Below are positions 51,396 through 64,000 of a DNA stretch of 64,000 bases, piece by piece; within the stretch, counting starts at the first letter, position 1, and every line of letters begins with the position of its first letter. The notes beneath the pieces were generated by a model. It saw only the letters and a program-made list of their open reading frames with translations. It was not told where the DNA came from and did not search any database. Made by a program: the position numbers and the translations under genes. This DNA is from Octopus sinensis. Lineage: Eukaryota. The stretch covers positions 15,314,001 to 15,378,000 of the forward strand of contig NC_043001.1 in assembly GCF_006345805.1 (NCBI RefSeq), given 5' to 3'.

Positions 51396-51700
51396 GGTGC
51401 CACATGCTTGCAAAGCAGGCATTTTAACCATACAGCTATACCAGTACCTGCTTCTTTATAAAATAAAAAAACTTATTTAACCCTAGGCCAACTCTGATCT
51501 AGCAGACATGATCAACATGTAAGGTGCCAGGACTGGCTGAGTGTATAGGTGCCACATGCTTGCAAAGTAGGCATTTTAACCATACAGCTATACCAGTACC
51601 TGCTTCTTTATAAAATAAAAAAAACTTATTTAACCCTAGGCCAACTCTGATCTAGCAGACATGATCAACATGTAAGGTGCCAGGACTGGCTGAGTGTATA
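51396..51700. repeat. Tandem duplication, period 152-153 bp
   Basis: Units 51396-51547 and 51548-51700 differ by one substitution and one indel. Confidence 0.95.
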
Positions 51701-52029
51701 GTATTAAACCTACAAGTTGAGAGGTAACTCACAGTTGTCATTTGTTGTTACTTCATTATAAGTGTGTGTATATATATATCGTCATCATCATCATCATTTA
51801 GCGTCCGTTTTCCATGCTAGCATGGGTTGGATGGTTTAACTAGGGTCTGTGAAGCCGGAAGGCTTCATCAGGCCCAGTCAGATTTGGCAGTGTTTCTACG
51901 GCTGGATGCCCTTCCTAACGCCAAGCATATACCTATACAAATATATATAAATACACATAAACATATACACACACTCACAGTGTAGCATATGTATAAAGAA
52001 GAACACAACCTCACTTGTGTTCTTCATAT

Positions 52030-52478
52030 ATCATCATCATCGCTGTTTAACATCTGCTTTCCATGTTGGCATGGGTTGGACGGTTTGACTGAGGACTGGC
52101 AAGCCAGAAGGCTGTACCAGGCTCCTATTTGATCGGGCAAGGTTTCTCTACAGCTGGATGCCCTTCTTAACACCAACCACTCCGAGACTGTAGTGGGTGC
52201 TTTTTACGTGCCAGGGCTAGTCAGGTGGCACTAGCATTGACCATACTCGAATGGTGCTTTTTACATGCCTATTTCTTTACTACCCACAAGGGGCTAAACA
52301 CAGAGGGGACGAACAAGGACAGACAAACGGATTAAGTCGAGAATATTAACCCCAGTGCGTAACTGGTACTTATTTAATCGACCCCAAAAAGATGAAATTG
52401 AACTCAGAACATAGCAGCAGACGAAATACTGCTAAGCATTTCGCCCGACGTGCTAACATTTCTGCCAGTTTGCCGCCT
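52030..52478 (-). mobile_element. Family B copy followed by a family C SINE
   Basis: Family B at ~52030-52270; family C at ~52271-52478. Confidence 0.8.
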
Positions 52479-53219
52479 TACATGCCATCAACATGGGACC
52501 TGTCAGCCGGCACACACACACACACACACATACATGCGTGCTTTTTATATTAAAAAATGGTCTGTTCTTGTAGAATATATGACAAACTGAGAGCTTGTAT
52601 GACCTTTTGTTTAAGCACAAACAATATTTGATAATGACCTGTATATATTATCTTACACTGTTACTGAGCACAAATGCTGTCACCCTAATCACATTCAGAT
52701 AGGTATTATTCTCCTTGATTTTTGTTTTTCTGTTTTCTTTTCATAACAAAACACTGAACATGATATTACTATGTATCAGGAATTACATATATACACAGTG
52801 GGATGAATTTACCGACTGAGATACTGGGATTGCTAACTTCATAATGAAATACTGCAAAACTATTTAAGCTAAGAAGGAACAATTTACAACTTGCTGAACT
52901 GGAGCGAGTAATATGAGTTGTCTAAAAGAATAATGCAACGTCTGTGGCATATCAATCACATAGATATCAGATGTTATACCCACCACAAAAAAAAAAAAAG
53001 AGGAAAAAAGTACTCAAACTAAAATGGAAAGTATAAACCTGACAAGGTAACATAAAGAGAGTCAGCAATGCGAGTGTGATAGTCGAGTTGCATCTGACAG
53101 CCAGAAGCAAGTCTTATGTTATACTCTATCGGCTTATCTTTTACTTGTTCCAGTCATTGGACTGCAGCCATACTGAGGTACATCTCTTTGAAGAATTTTT
53201 ATCAAATGAGTTGACCCAG

Positions 53220-53225
53220 TAAATA

Positions 53226-53257
<32 letters not shown>

Positions 53258-53334
53258 CACATATATATATACACACATATATATATACACACATATATAT
53301 ATACACACATATATATATACACACACATATATAT

Positions 53335-53385
<51 letters not shown>
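53220..53385. repeat. (TA)n/(TACA) compound microsatellite
   Basis: Visible tract. Confidence 0.95.
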
Positions 53386-53387
<2 letters not shown>

Positions 53388-53800
53388 CGTAGGAGTGGCT
53401 GTGTGGTAAGTATTTTGCTTACCAACCACATGGTTCCGGGTTCAGTGTGGCACCTTGGGCAAGTGTCTTTTTCTATAGCCTCGGGCTGACCAAAGCCTTG
53501 TGAGTGGATTTGGTAGACGGAAACTGAAAGAAGCCCGTCGTATATATGTATATATATATATATATATGTATGTGCGTGTATATGTTTGTGTGTCTGAGTT
53601 TGTCCTCCCTAACATCGCTTGACAACTGATGCTGGTGTGTTTACGTCCCCATAACTTAACGGTTCGGCAAAAGAGACCGATAGAATAATTACTCACTCAA
53701 CTTACAAAGAATAAGCTCTGGAGTCGATTTGCTCAACTAAAGGCGGTGCTCCAGCATGGCTACAGTCAAAATGACTGAAACAAGTAAAAGAATAAAGAGT
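53385..53800 (+). mobile_element. Family A SINE
   Basis: Full-length copy; degenerate inverted copies follow at ~53810-54335. Confidence 0.88.
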
Positions 53801-54345
53801 ATATATATTTTTTAAAGCCTGGTACTTAATTTAATTGATCCCTTCTGCTGAACCGTTAAGTTATGGGGACATAAATACACCAACACTGGTTGTCAAGCAG
53901 TGGTGGGGGACAAACAGACACAAAAGCACACGCACACACACTCTCTCTCTCTCTCACGATGGGTTTCTTTCAGTTTCCATCTATCAAATCCACCAACAAG
54001 GCTTTGGTCAGTCTAAAGCTATAGTAGAAGACGTTTGTTCAAGGTGCTACGCAGTAGGACTGAACCCAGAATTATGTGGTTGGGAAGCAAGCTCATTATC
54101 ACACAGCTACATCTGCACTTATATAAAGTAGGGGTTGAGACTAATCAATTTTTATGTTTTACTGGTTTCATTCATTGGACAGCAGCCATGCTAGGGTACC
54201 ACTTCAGAGGGTGTAGTTTAACAAATTGAACCCAGTACTTTTTGAATTCATACTTATTCTCTGGGTCGTTTTTGCTGAACCACGAAGTTATGAGAATATA
54301 AACAAACCAGTAGAGGTTGTCATGTGGTAGGGGACAACAGATATT

Positions 54346-54553
54346 CAGGGTTGGCCAAAAGTCACCTGACAGTAAATCAAAACCATTTAATTCCAAGATT
54401 AAAACAGAAAATTATTTTATGAGACTTTAAAAAAAAAACAGTGGTTTTAAAATTCAATTATTAAACATTCATAATTAGAATGAATAAAAAAAATTGAATA
54501 TTAAGTATTTATGGAATTTTGATTTACTGTCAGGTGACTTTTGGCCTACCCTG
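54346..54553. mobile_element. Tc1/mariner-type MITE
   Basis: TIR CAGGGTTGGCCAAAAGTCACCTGACAGTAAATCAAAA matched by TTTTGATTTACTGTCAGGTGACTTTTGGCCTACCCTG. Confidence 0.88.
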
Positions 54554-54587
<34 letters not shown>

Positions 54588-54594
54588 GTATGAA

Positions 54595-54905
54595 GGCGCG
54601 TGGTTTAGTGGTTAGGGCATTCAGCTCACAATTGTAAGGTCATGAGTTCAATTCCCAGCGACGTGTTGTTTCCTTGAGCAAGACACTTTATTTCACATTG
54701 CTCCAGTCCATTCAGCTGACAAAGATGAGTTGTACCTGTATTTGAAAGGGCCAGCCTTGTCACACTCTGAATCTCCCTGAGAACCACATTAAGAGCACAC
54801 ATGTCTGTGGAGTGCTCAGCCACTTGTACATTAATTTCACAAGCAAGCTCTTTCCGTTGATCATATCAGCTGAGCTGCGACCCTTGTCGTCATAACTGAT
54901 GGAGC
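54595..54905 (+). mobile_element. tRNA SINE with CORE-like centre sharing its 3' half with family F
   Basis: Head GGCGCGTGGTTTAGTGGTTAGGGC, centre TCCTTGAGCAAGACACTTTA..TTGCTCCAGTCC, 3' body gtctgtggagtgctcagccactt as in 29025-29407. Confidence 0.8.
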
Positions 54906-56330
54906 ACACACACAACAGGCTTCCACACAGTTTCCAACTACCAAATTGACTTGAAGTGTTCATTGGCCAGGGGCTATAGTAGAATACACTTGCCCAATGT
55001 GCTATGCAGTGGGTTCAACCCCAAAACCCAAGTTGCAAAGCAAGCTTCTTCACCACATAGCCATGCCTAGAAAAACTACAAAAAGGTAGGATGGTTAAGA
55101 AAAAAAATGCATAAAAAGGCAGGTGTAACATATTGTGAAGTATCAGTCAATAATTGCAGAACTTAAGGGTAAAATTATGTAATTTAAGGAAAGCATATCT
55201 GTGATAAGAGAGGTGAAGTATGGAGCCTTGACCGAGAAATGCAAGAAGTGGAGAAAGTGAGGTGACATTTTAATTGAATAAAACAATGATATACATATAA
55301 TGTTACCAGCGAGAATATTAAATTTCAAAATGTAAAGTATGAAACCAAGTATCATGAGACACTGTCATGGTGAACATTATCTCCAACAATGTAACACTGT
55401 ATTCATTGCTTATCGTTACCATCATCATTTAATGTCTGCTTTCCATGTTAGCTTGGGTTGGTCAGTCAAACAGGATCCAACAAGTTGCGGAACTGCTTCA
55501 AGTTTCAATGTCAGATTTGCCGTGATTTCTACAGCAAGATGACCTTCCTAGTGTCAACCACTTTACAGTGCGAACAGGGTGCTTTTTGTATGTCACCAGC
55601 ACTAGTGAGATTTCCAAGTAACTTGCAAGAGGAGAAAAGAACACTAACTCTCTGCACTTGATTAAGTGAGGATGGGGGAGGGGGGTTATGCCAGGTGTTG
55701 AGAGGCTAAAGTATGATAATGGGACAAGCACAGGTATCTTGCTATAAAAACACATAGCTATCTCACATTATATAAGGGTTTGTAGGAGTAACTGGGGAGA
55801 AGATAATATGGTAGTGATAGGGTGCCAGAGTGAATCCTCAAAGTACAAGTGAACACAAGAGACAATAGGAACAGAGGATCTTGTGGGGAGAAAGGAGCGA
55901 TGAGTAGTTTTATTAAAGTGTGAGGGAAGGGTAGCAGATAGGGGAAGAGTTAAACGTAGTGAATGATGAACGAGAGTGGCAGTGTTGTTGATGGAGAAGT
56001 ACCAGTGTTACTTTCTTTGAAATCCATTGAAAGATGAATGAACCAGTCTGATAGAAATAACTAAATTATACCTGGTCATCTTCAAATGAAAAGGAACATT
56101 GGACAATAATATCATGCTTGACATCAGAAAGTCTGAATGAACTCAGCTCAAACATCTTTGGTCATAAGTGTACGCAATCAACACTGACCTGTGTTTAAAC
56201 AGAACACGAATAATGTTGTGGGATTAAGAAATTCACTGCACAATACCTTTGTGTGGCACAATGGATAAGTATTGTCTAAAACAACCTTGGGGTTGACCAA
56301 TAATCTGTGAGTGGAATTCAATAAGTAGAA

Positions 56331-56450
56331 ACTGTACAGAATTTCATCATACATACAGGAACTGTACAGAATTTCATCATACATACAAGAACTATACAGA
56401 ATTTCATCATACATACAAGAACTGTACAGAATTTCATCATACATACATAC
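56331..56450. repeat. 30-bp minisatellite x4
   Basis: ACTGTACAGAATTTCATCATACATACA(A/G)GA repeated four times. Confidence 0.95.
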
Positions 56451-57675
56451 ATAAAAAGCACTTAGTACACTCTGAAAAGTGGTTGACATTAGGAAGGGCA
56501 TCCAGCAGTAGAGACCTTGCCAAAACAGACAACTGGAGCCTGGTGCAGTCAAACCATCCAACCCATGCCAGCATGGAAAATGGATGTTAAGTGATGATGA
56601 TGATGACATACACAGCTCTGTGCTTAAGGAGCTTGCTTCCCAACCACATGATTTTAAATTCAGTTCCATTGAATGGCACTTTGGACAAGTGTCTTCCACT
56701 GTAGCCTTGGGCTGACCAAAGCTTTGTGAGCGGGTTTGGGAGGAAGTGTTACTGTCATACAAGCGATATACTTAATTTCCAACCTTACATGAAAAAACCT
56801 GTCTAGCCATAGGAAAATAATACCTAGCTTGGAAACATGCAAGGACAGGTAACAAAAAGGGCATCCAACCACAGAAAATCTGCCTCAAAGAGTCTCATCT
56901 GACCCATGGAACAGTAGACATTAAAATGATGATAACACAACACTATTATAATAACTGTATATTAAAATGTAAGAAGCTTTGAATGAATATGCACACAAAA
57001 TCATTCAAAGAATTTTTTTGCCAATCGAGTAGAAATTAGCCTACTTCTCCCAAGTGCTTAAGGTTTATCCAAGGTGCTGAGGAAAATTCAGAAGTATTCA
57101 TATGTAGAAGAGGTTTGTATGATAGATTTAAACACTAGAATAATTTTGAGAATCATTAACGAATATTTCCACTACTCTCCTCAACTTGAATTTCATGTTG
57201 ATGAAATAACTCTCCATCATTTTGTTGTTGATGTTGAAAGGGTTGCCATCTTACACTTTCAACTCTTGTAAAGAAAGAAAATGCTTCTGGGTGGAAGAAC
57301 AGAAAAGCCTGGTTGGTGAGTTGAGCAAAGACAAGACAGGGTTGAAGAGGGCTCTTTAGTCTTGCTGAAGAGAAGACAATCTTTGTAGTGCTGGTGCCAT
57401 TAAAGAAATGGATTTGGTAAACTCTAAAGTAATTGGTATTAGGGTAGGCAATCGTAGGGTATCCAAGCTAAATTTGGGACACTGGAGAAGTAGTCCTCTG
57501 TCTCATCAGATCTCATTGGACCGTTCAACCCATGCCAGTATGGAAAACAGATGATGAGGAAGATGATTTCCTTTTACACTCACATTCTGCACCGAGATGG
57601 ATAGCAGACATTAAAATAAAAATCTTTGAAGTATTGCTTTTGTATGTATTCCTATTAAAAATATAATAGTTTAAA

Positions 57676-57993
57676 ATATTTTACTGTGTCCAGGAAGAGT
57701 CATTCTTTTTTAATGTCTTATCAATTTAACACACTCACTGGTCTGATTTCCACTCATTTATTTGTTTTTACTAAAATTTTTGCTGGGACTGGAAACCTTT
57801 CCAATAGTTGTTGATTCTGTCTGTTATTGGTATTGTGATAACAGACAGAATCGATGACTATTGAAAATATTGCAAGTCACAACAAACATTTTTGTAAAAA
57901 ATAATAAGTAAATGAGTGGAAATCAGATTGGTGAGTGTGTTAAATTGATAAGGCACTAAAAGAGAATGACTCTCCCCAGACACAATAAAATAT
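57676..57993. mobile_element. Palindromic (foldback) MITE, probably TA-target type
   Basis: The two halves are reverse complements along the whole ~318 bp, with a perfect 15-bp innermost stem. Confidence 0.85.
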
Positions 57994-59049
57994 GCTTCAA
58001 CACACGAATTCACATAAAGGATCTTGCAAACCACATACAAAAATGAAATTAAAATATTTTATTATACAATTAAGAACACACACACACACAGAGTTCAAAT
58101 AAGAACTGATGTAGACTGTGACAAACTGTTCAACCTAAGCCAGCATGGGAAAGAAATGATGATAATGGTACAACAACCGAGAGATCTATAACATTTAAGG
58201 ATAAAAACAAATAAAACTTCTCTAATCTTGCAGGTTATCTGAAGCTGTTAGCGAAAAAAATAAATGCTTTAGCTTTTCATTGTTTTTGCAATATACAGTA
58301 TTAAATAACATGATAGCATTTCAAGGAATGGAAGGAAAAAAAGGAAAAAAAACTTTTAAGAACTGTTACAAGGAAACTACAAGAGCTGTTTACAATTAAT
58401 GAGGAAATGGTACATAGAAGAGCTGCCAACATACATTGAAATAACAGATTCCGTAGCATTTTTTTATGATACTCTAGCTCATAGTCTGGCCCATTCAGGT
58501 TAGCAATTTAAAAGATTAGCTGCTAAATGCAGAATTGAACTTGCTTATTTTGCTACTTGAGACCAAACACCAGGCTGTACTAACATGCCACAAAATATAA
58601 ACTTACAACACATCCAGTCTGCTCACTAGAGCATTCATTGTCATTTGAAGAGATGAGGATATGGTTTTACTCAATCCATATATCAAATCACGATAAATGT
58701 GCATTAGAAAACTTAAGTAGAATATGTAAAGTTTAAATGCCTCTTTGTTATATAATTCAGGGCATAAACAGCTCCCTAACAAATAATATTCAGGTGGGAA
58801 AGTGCTTTAGGAAATGAATGATCTGATAGCCTAAGACATAACATCAAAGTATGCCTATGTATCTTCAGAATATTACATTGTCAAAAAATAAGCAAAGTAG
58901 GCCTTTTTTTTTTTTTTGAAGCACATACGAATACTTAAAAATCCATTACAAAAGCTTAAAGTGACATAAGAAAAGACAACAGGTAGTAGACTGCCTTAAT
59001 TTATGAGTTGCTGGTATTCAAATCAGACTTTTCAAAAATGATCTTTCAT

Positions 59050-59733
59050 CTTATACTTGTCTCAGTCACTGGACTGTGGCCATGCTGGGGCTCAGCTTTG
59101 ATGGTTTTAGTCAAACAAATCAATATTGTGACTTATTTTTTAGGACAAGCACTTATTTTATTAGTCTCTTTTTATGGGGACATAAACAAACCAACAAGCT
59201 GTCAAGTGATGGTGGGAAACAAAAACAAAGACACACACATATACACACTGGGCTACCATGCTGTTTCCATCTCCCAAATTCACTCACAAGGCATTGGTTG
59301 ATCTGGGACTATAGCAGAAGACACTTGCCGAAGGTGCTGTACCATGGAACTGAACTCAAAACCAAGTGGTTGCCAAGTGAGCTCCTTAACTATTCTTTTA
59401 TTTGTTTCAATCATTTGACTGCGGCCATGCTGGAGCATCGTCTTTTTAGTCAAACAAATCAACCCCATGACTTATTCTTTGTAATCCTAATACTTATTCT
59501 ATCGATCTCTTTTGCTGAACCACTAAGTTACGGAGACGTAAACACACCAGCTTTGGTTGTCAAGCAATGGTGGGGGGGGGGGACAGTGTCTGCCTACCAT
59601 ATCCACTCACAAGGCTTTGGTTGGCTCGAGGTTATAGTAGAAGATACTTTGATCAAGGTGCCACAGAGTGGGACTGAACCCGGAACCATGTGGTTGGTAA
59701 GCAAGCTACTTACCACACAGCCACTCCTGCACC
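59050..59733 (-). mobile_element. Two successive family A SINEs
   Basis: Old copy at ~59050-59395; younger copy at ~59395-59733. Confidence 0.8.
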
Positions 59734-60093
59734 TATGTTTATATTCTTTTAATGGAAGAAATGCAAAAAGAGATAATTATTTCTTTAATGTTTTTTTTTT
59801 ATATTTCTTTCCAGGTTTCCAGTGCATCTGAAAACAAGTTAATGAAGAAACCTCTGTGTGGTCAGCCAACCTACTAATAATAGTAGCCAAATGTCCCTAA
59901 AATAATACTATATCATCTTAAATAAAGGATACACAATATGTTGGCCAAAATAGCAATAAAAGTGACAAGATGTCTGTAGCTGTTCATAAATCTGCTCAAT
60001 CAGGTTTGACCTAATGCTAAACAATACCTGGTATTGCTAAAATAGAAAGCAAAGGCAGCTTCATGAAGTTTATGTTAATCTATTTTTACCCAA

Positions 60094-60575
60094 TATAGGT
60101 GCAGGAGTGGCTGTGTAGTAAGTTATAGGCACAGGAGTGGCTGTGTAGTAAGTTATAGGTGCAGGAGTGGCTGTGTGGTAAGTTATAGGCGCAAGAGTGG
60201 CTGTTTGGAAAGTAGCTTGCTTACCAACCATATGGTTCCAGGTTCAGTACACTGCGTGGCACCTTGGGCACGTGTCTTCTACTACAGCCTTGGGCCGACC
60301 AAAGCCTTGTGAGTGGATTTGGAAGACGGAAACTGAAAGGAGCCAGTCATATATATATATGTATATGTTTGTGTGTCTGTCCTCCCAACATTGCTTGACA
60401 ACCGATGCTGGTGTGTTTACGTCCCCGTCACTTAGCAGTTCAGCAAGAGAGTCTGATAGAATAAGTACTAGGCTTACAAAGAATAAGTCCTGGGGTCGAT
60501 CGACTAAAGGCAGTGCTCCAGCATGGCTGCAGTCAAATGACTGAAACAAATAAAAGATAAAAAAGAATAAAAGAA
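60094..60575 (+). mobile_element. Family A SINE with its first 30 bp repeated four times
   Basis: TATAGG(T/C)(G/A)CA(G/A)GAGTGGCTGT.. at 60094, 60124, 60154 and 60184. Confidence 0.9.
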
Positions 60576-60839
60576 TACATTAGTCATACTAACCTATCAA
60601 TAGTTTTATCTGACCAAGATAACTATAGAAAGAATAAATTAAAGATAAATTCTCTTGAAAATGTTTGTTTTAACTCCTAAATTGTTATTTTAGACACATT
60701 TTAAACATCGAAATTTGGACAGACTGTCTAATCTGATATTTAATTGCTATGAAAACAAAGTATTATAATCACGGTACTAGCAAGTTCTCACTCCTTCATA
60801 GAAAATGAGACAATGAGGATTAGTGGGAAGTTCTAGCAT

Positions 60840-61137
60840 TCATCATCATCATCATCATCATCATCATTTAACGTCCGCTTTCCATGCTAGCATGGGTTGG
60901 ACGGTTCAACTGGGGTCTGGGGAGCCCGAAAGCTGCACCAGTCCAGTCAGATCTGGCAGTGTTTCTACAGCTGGATGCCCTTCCTAACGCCAACCACTCC
61001 GAGAGTGTAGTGGGTGATTTTATGTGCTACCGACACAGGTGCCAGACGAGGCTGGCAAACGGCCACGCTCGGATGGTGTTTTTTATGTGCCACCGACACA
61101 GGTGCCAGACGAGGCTGGCAGACGGCCATGCTCGGAA
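60840..61137 (-). mobile_element. Family B copy, young
   Basis: (CAT)8 tail plus two modules; another copy at ~61285-61530. Confidence 0.87.
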
Positions 61138-61950
61138 ATATAAATATCATGATGAGCAGGAAGCCCTAGCATTCATCTAGGTCCACATGGTAACTTAAAT
61201 AATATAAGGAGTTATAAAATATTTCAGTGAACCTTTAAAAATTCTACTGTCTTTGAACAGGAGTTTCTTTACTGTGATATCATCGTGATGTCATCGTTGT
61301 TTAACATCTACTTTCCATGCTAGCATGGGTTGGATGGTTTGACTGAGGACTGGCAAGCTAGTAGGCTGCACCAGGCTCCAATCTGATCTGGCAAGGTTTC
61401 TACAGCTGGATGCCCTTCCTAATGCCAACCACTCTGAGAGTGTAGTGGATGCTTTTTACGTGCCACCGGCACAGGAGCCAGTCAGGGAACACTGGCATTG
61501 ACCACGTTTAAGGGGCACTGGCATTGACCATCATTCAAGAATGATCTTAAATATTCAGACAAAACCCCACCAAAAAACAAACAAAAAAGTCATTGATTAT
61601 AATTATTATAAAGTCAGAAGTTAACCAATATCATTTTATGTCCACATTCCATGCTAGAATGGGTCGGATGATTCAACAAGATCCAACAGGTTGGAGGACC
61701 ATGTCTTGCTCCAGTGTTTCAGCTTTGGTTTTGTTTCAATTGTTGGATTCCTTTCCTAACACTAACCCCTTCACAGAATGTACTAAGGGCATTTTCACAT
61801 GGCACCAGCACTGCAGAGGTTGTTTTGCCCTCAGCAAGGCCAAAGAGTCCTCTTAAATCCAGTGTTGTCTATGTTCAAATCACTAACCACAGTACAAAGT
61901 GTACTGGGTGCTTACTGGTGCAATCAGCACTAGTGATGTTGCCTTACAAC

Positions 61951-62114
61951 CAGGGCTGTGGAGTCAGAGTAAGAAACAATTAAGGGGTAGCTGGAGTCGG
62001 AATCAGAGTCAGTAATATATATAGACCACAATCACTTAATTACATAGAGGAGTCAGAGTCATAGGTGCCAATAGTAGAGGAGTCGAAGTTTTTTGTTTTG
62101 ACTCCACAGCCCTG
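61951..62114. mobile_element. hAT-type MITE
   Basis: TIR CAGGGCTGTGGAGTC..GACTCCACAGCCCTG with subterminal GGAGTC repeats; TSD degenerate (CTTACAAC / CATGTAAC). Confidence 0.8.
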
Positions 62115-62270
62115 CATGTAACTCACAGGGTGAAAGAGCCTCCATCAGTGAGAGAGAATTAAAAGAGGAGTGTTGAGAAAAGTATAATTGGAGAAACAGG
62201 TTTATTGTTGAGGGATGGTGGTAATGGAGAGAGTAAGAGAGGATGAGGAGGATATTCTCAAAATTTTCAT

Positions 62271-62646
62271 AGGCGCAGGAGTGGCTGTGTGGTAAGTAGC
62301 TTGTTTACCAGCCACATAGTTCCGGGTTCAGTCCTACTGCGTTCGGGCTGACCAAAGCCTTGTGAGTGGATTTGGTAGACGGAAACTGAAAGAAGCCCGT
62401 CATATATATGTATGTATATATATATATGTGTGTGTGTTTGTCCCCCAAGCATTGCTTGACAACCGATGCTGGTGTGTTTATGTCCCCATTACTTAGCGGT
62501 TCAGCAATAGAGACCAATAGAATAAGTACTGGGCTTACAAAAGAATAAGTCCCGGGGTCGAGTTGCTCGATTAAAGGTGGTGCTCCAGCATGGCCGCAGT
62601 CAAATGATTGAAACAAGTAAAAGAAAAAAAAAAAGAGAGTAAAAGA
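62271..62646 (+). mobile_element. Family A SINE with a deletion in the CORE-like segment
   Basis: Head jumps from ctactgcgt to tcgggctgacc. Confidence 0.88.
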
Positions 62647-64000
62647 TATCAAGAAGGAGAATATGATGACAAGACTCAGGGTAAGTAAAGGTTAATATCT
62701 ATAATTGTTAATATTTATAGGTTATTTCCACTGCCTTACTATAAAACAGTCCATAGAGAGTTCAACCTTGAGAGAAACAGTATGGTTCAATATTCAAACG
62801 GACTGTGTTAGACTAGTTTCTTTAAACTGAACTAGACATGGCAAAACAGGAAATGGTAGTCTCTTGAACTGATAAAGAAAATTTGCTGGAAGCCTATGCC
62901 ACACTCATTTACAGTGCCCTTGCTGCTTCTGGTCTGACACAGCTACTTTTCTTGCAGGTGACCAGCACCAGATGTATTTCGTGAACTCTTGCTACAGCAA
63001 GGAGTGGCATTCTGTTTGGTGTATTTGACTTCCAGGAAATGATACTACACTTCAATCCTGACATTGTGTAGTTGGGTAGAAGAAAAGAAAATGACGTCAT
63101 GCTTCGCAAGAGAAACTCTTTTAAGAGTTAATAGATGAAACATATGTATATACTGCTAAACCTGAACAAACAGAGTAAAAATTATATAGATAAAAAGGTG
63201 ATAGAAGTTCAAAAATGTAGTGCTGTGAAAGGAAAATGATTAAAGATACTAGATGGCATTAAATTTGAATGTGTTTGGTTGGAGGACAAACACGAAAAAG
63301 AAAAGCAAAAGAATATAAGGGAAATATCAGAGATTTACACATATGTCGAAAACTATCAAATGAAAGTAAATTGATATCATAGGAAATTATATAAAATTAT
63401 AAGATGAATTAAGAAATATGGATAGCTTGTGACTATAGTTGAAATATTTTCTGTGTTGAAAGAAAAGTGTCATACAAATTTTGGATAACTCATTAATTTG
63501 AATATTTTGATTTGTGGAATAACAAATATTTTGATTTGTGGAATAACTAATTTGGATATTTTAATTTGTAAGATAACATAAATAAAAGATAAAAATAAAT
63601 AATCTCAATCATCATCATCATCATCGTTTAATGTCCGCTTTCCATGCTGGCATGGGTTGGGCAGTTTGACTGAAAGAACCACATATTGCCTACAGCAGAC
63701 CCAAAAACGTCGCTCCTTTAAAAGTGGCACCCGGGGCATCCTCCTCTAGCTACACTAGTGACCTCAACAAATTCCATCTGACCAATGCAAGCATGAGAAA
63801 GTGGACATTAAAATGATGATATATTACTGCTCAATAGAATTGTTACATTTCATCAAAATTTGAGTTGACATTTCAATTCAGATAGAATATTTTCAATGAC
63901 CTGGTTCTGGGTTCAATCCCACTGTATGATGCTGTGCAAGTATTATCACATACCATGACCTCAGAGCAACAGAATTTTTAGGTGAAATTAGGAACTGCGT

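Noticed and set aside
56178-56762. 194-aa ORF with CMYDEILYSS repeats
   Set aside because: Chance read-through of SINE, RTE UTR and the 30-bp minisatellite.
59076-59831. Longest ORF in the track (251 aa)
   Set aside because: Reads through two adjacent antisense family A SINEs; the same peptide pieces recur in dozens of SINE ORFs.
56331-60213. 30-bp direct repeats resembling CRISPR repeat length
   Set aside because: No spacers, no cas genes, eukaryotic context; units are SINE-derived.
62909-63109. 66-aa minus ORF in unique sequence near the window end
   Set aside because: No recognisable domain; all frames from the nearby acceptor (63170) hit stops. May be UTR, but unsupported.

Overview
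AT-rich, repeat-saturated animal genomic DNA, not prokaryotic. The SINE/LINE repertoire and the (AT)n/(AC)n/(ATC)n microsatellites suggest an octopus (inference from recalled repeat families, no database search). Most of the window looks like intronic or intergenic DNA. It carries about 30 copies of a tRNA-derived CORE-like SINE (family A) and about 20 5'-truncated copies of an RTE-clade LINE with an (ATG)n tail (family B). It also has about 10 copies of a second tRNA SINE with a Deu/Nin-like block (family C), remnants of Dong/R4, BovB-like and CR1/L2-like LINEs, and a probable solo LTR. DNA-transposon derivatives include piggyBac-type TTAA MITEs, Tc1/mariner/pogo, hAT, Helitron, Helentron-like and MULE-like elements. 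One convincing host coding exon was found: minus strand 3512-3615. It matches HSF2BP/MEILB2 in sequence, length (104 nt) and intron phases as I recall the human gene. Its neighbouring exons were not located. Nearly all ORFs in the supplied track are artefacts of repeats or microsatellites. No CRISPR array, rRNA or genuine tRNA gene is supported, and I found no clearly new multi-gene system. The best leads are the structured RTE 3' UTR, RTE targeting of the microsatellite carried by the SINE, a MULE-like element with SINE-derived arms, a palindromic MITE hairpin, and local duplication/inversion events. Repeat boundaries were read by eye and are approximate unless a target-site duplication (TSD) or terminal inverted repeat (TIR) is quoted.
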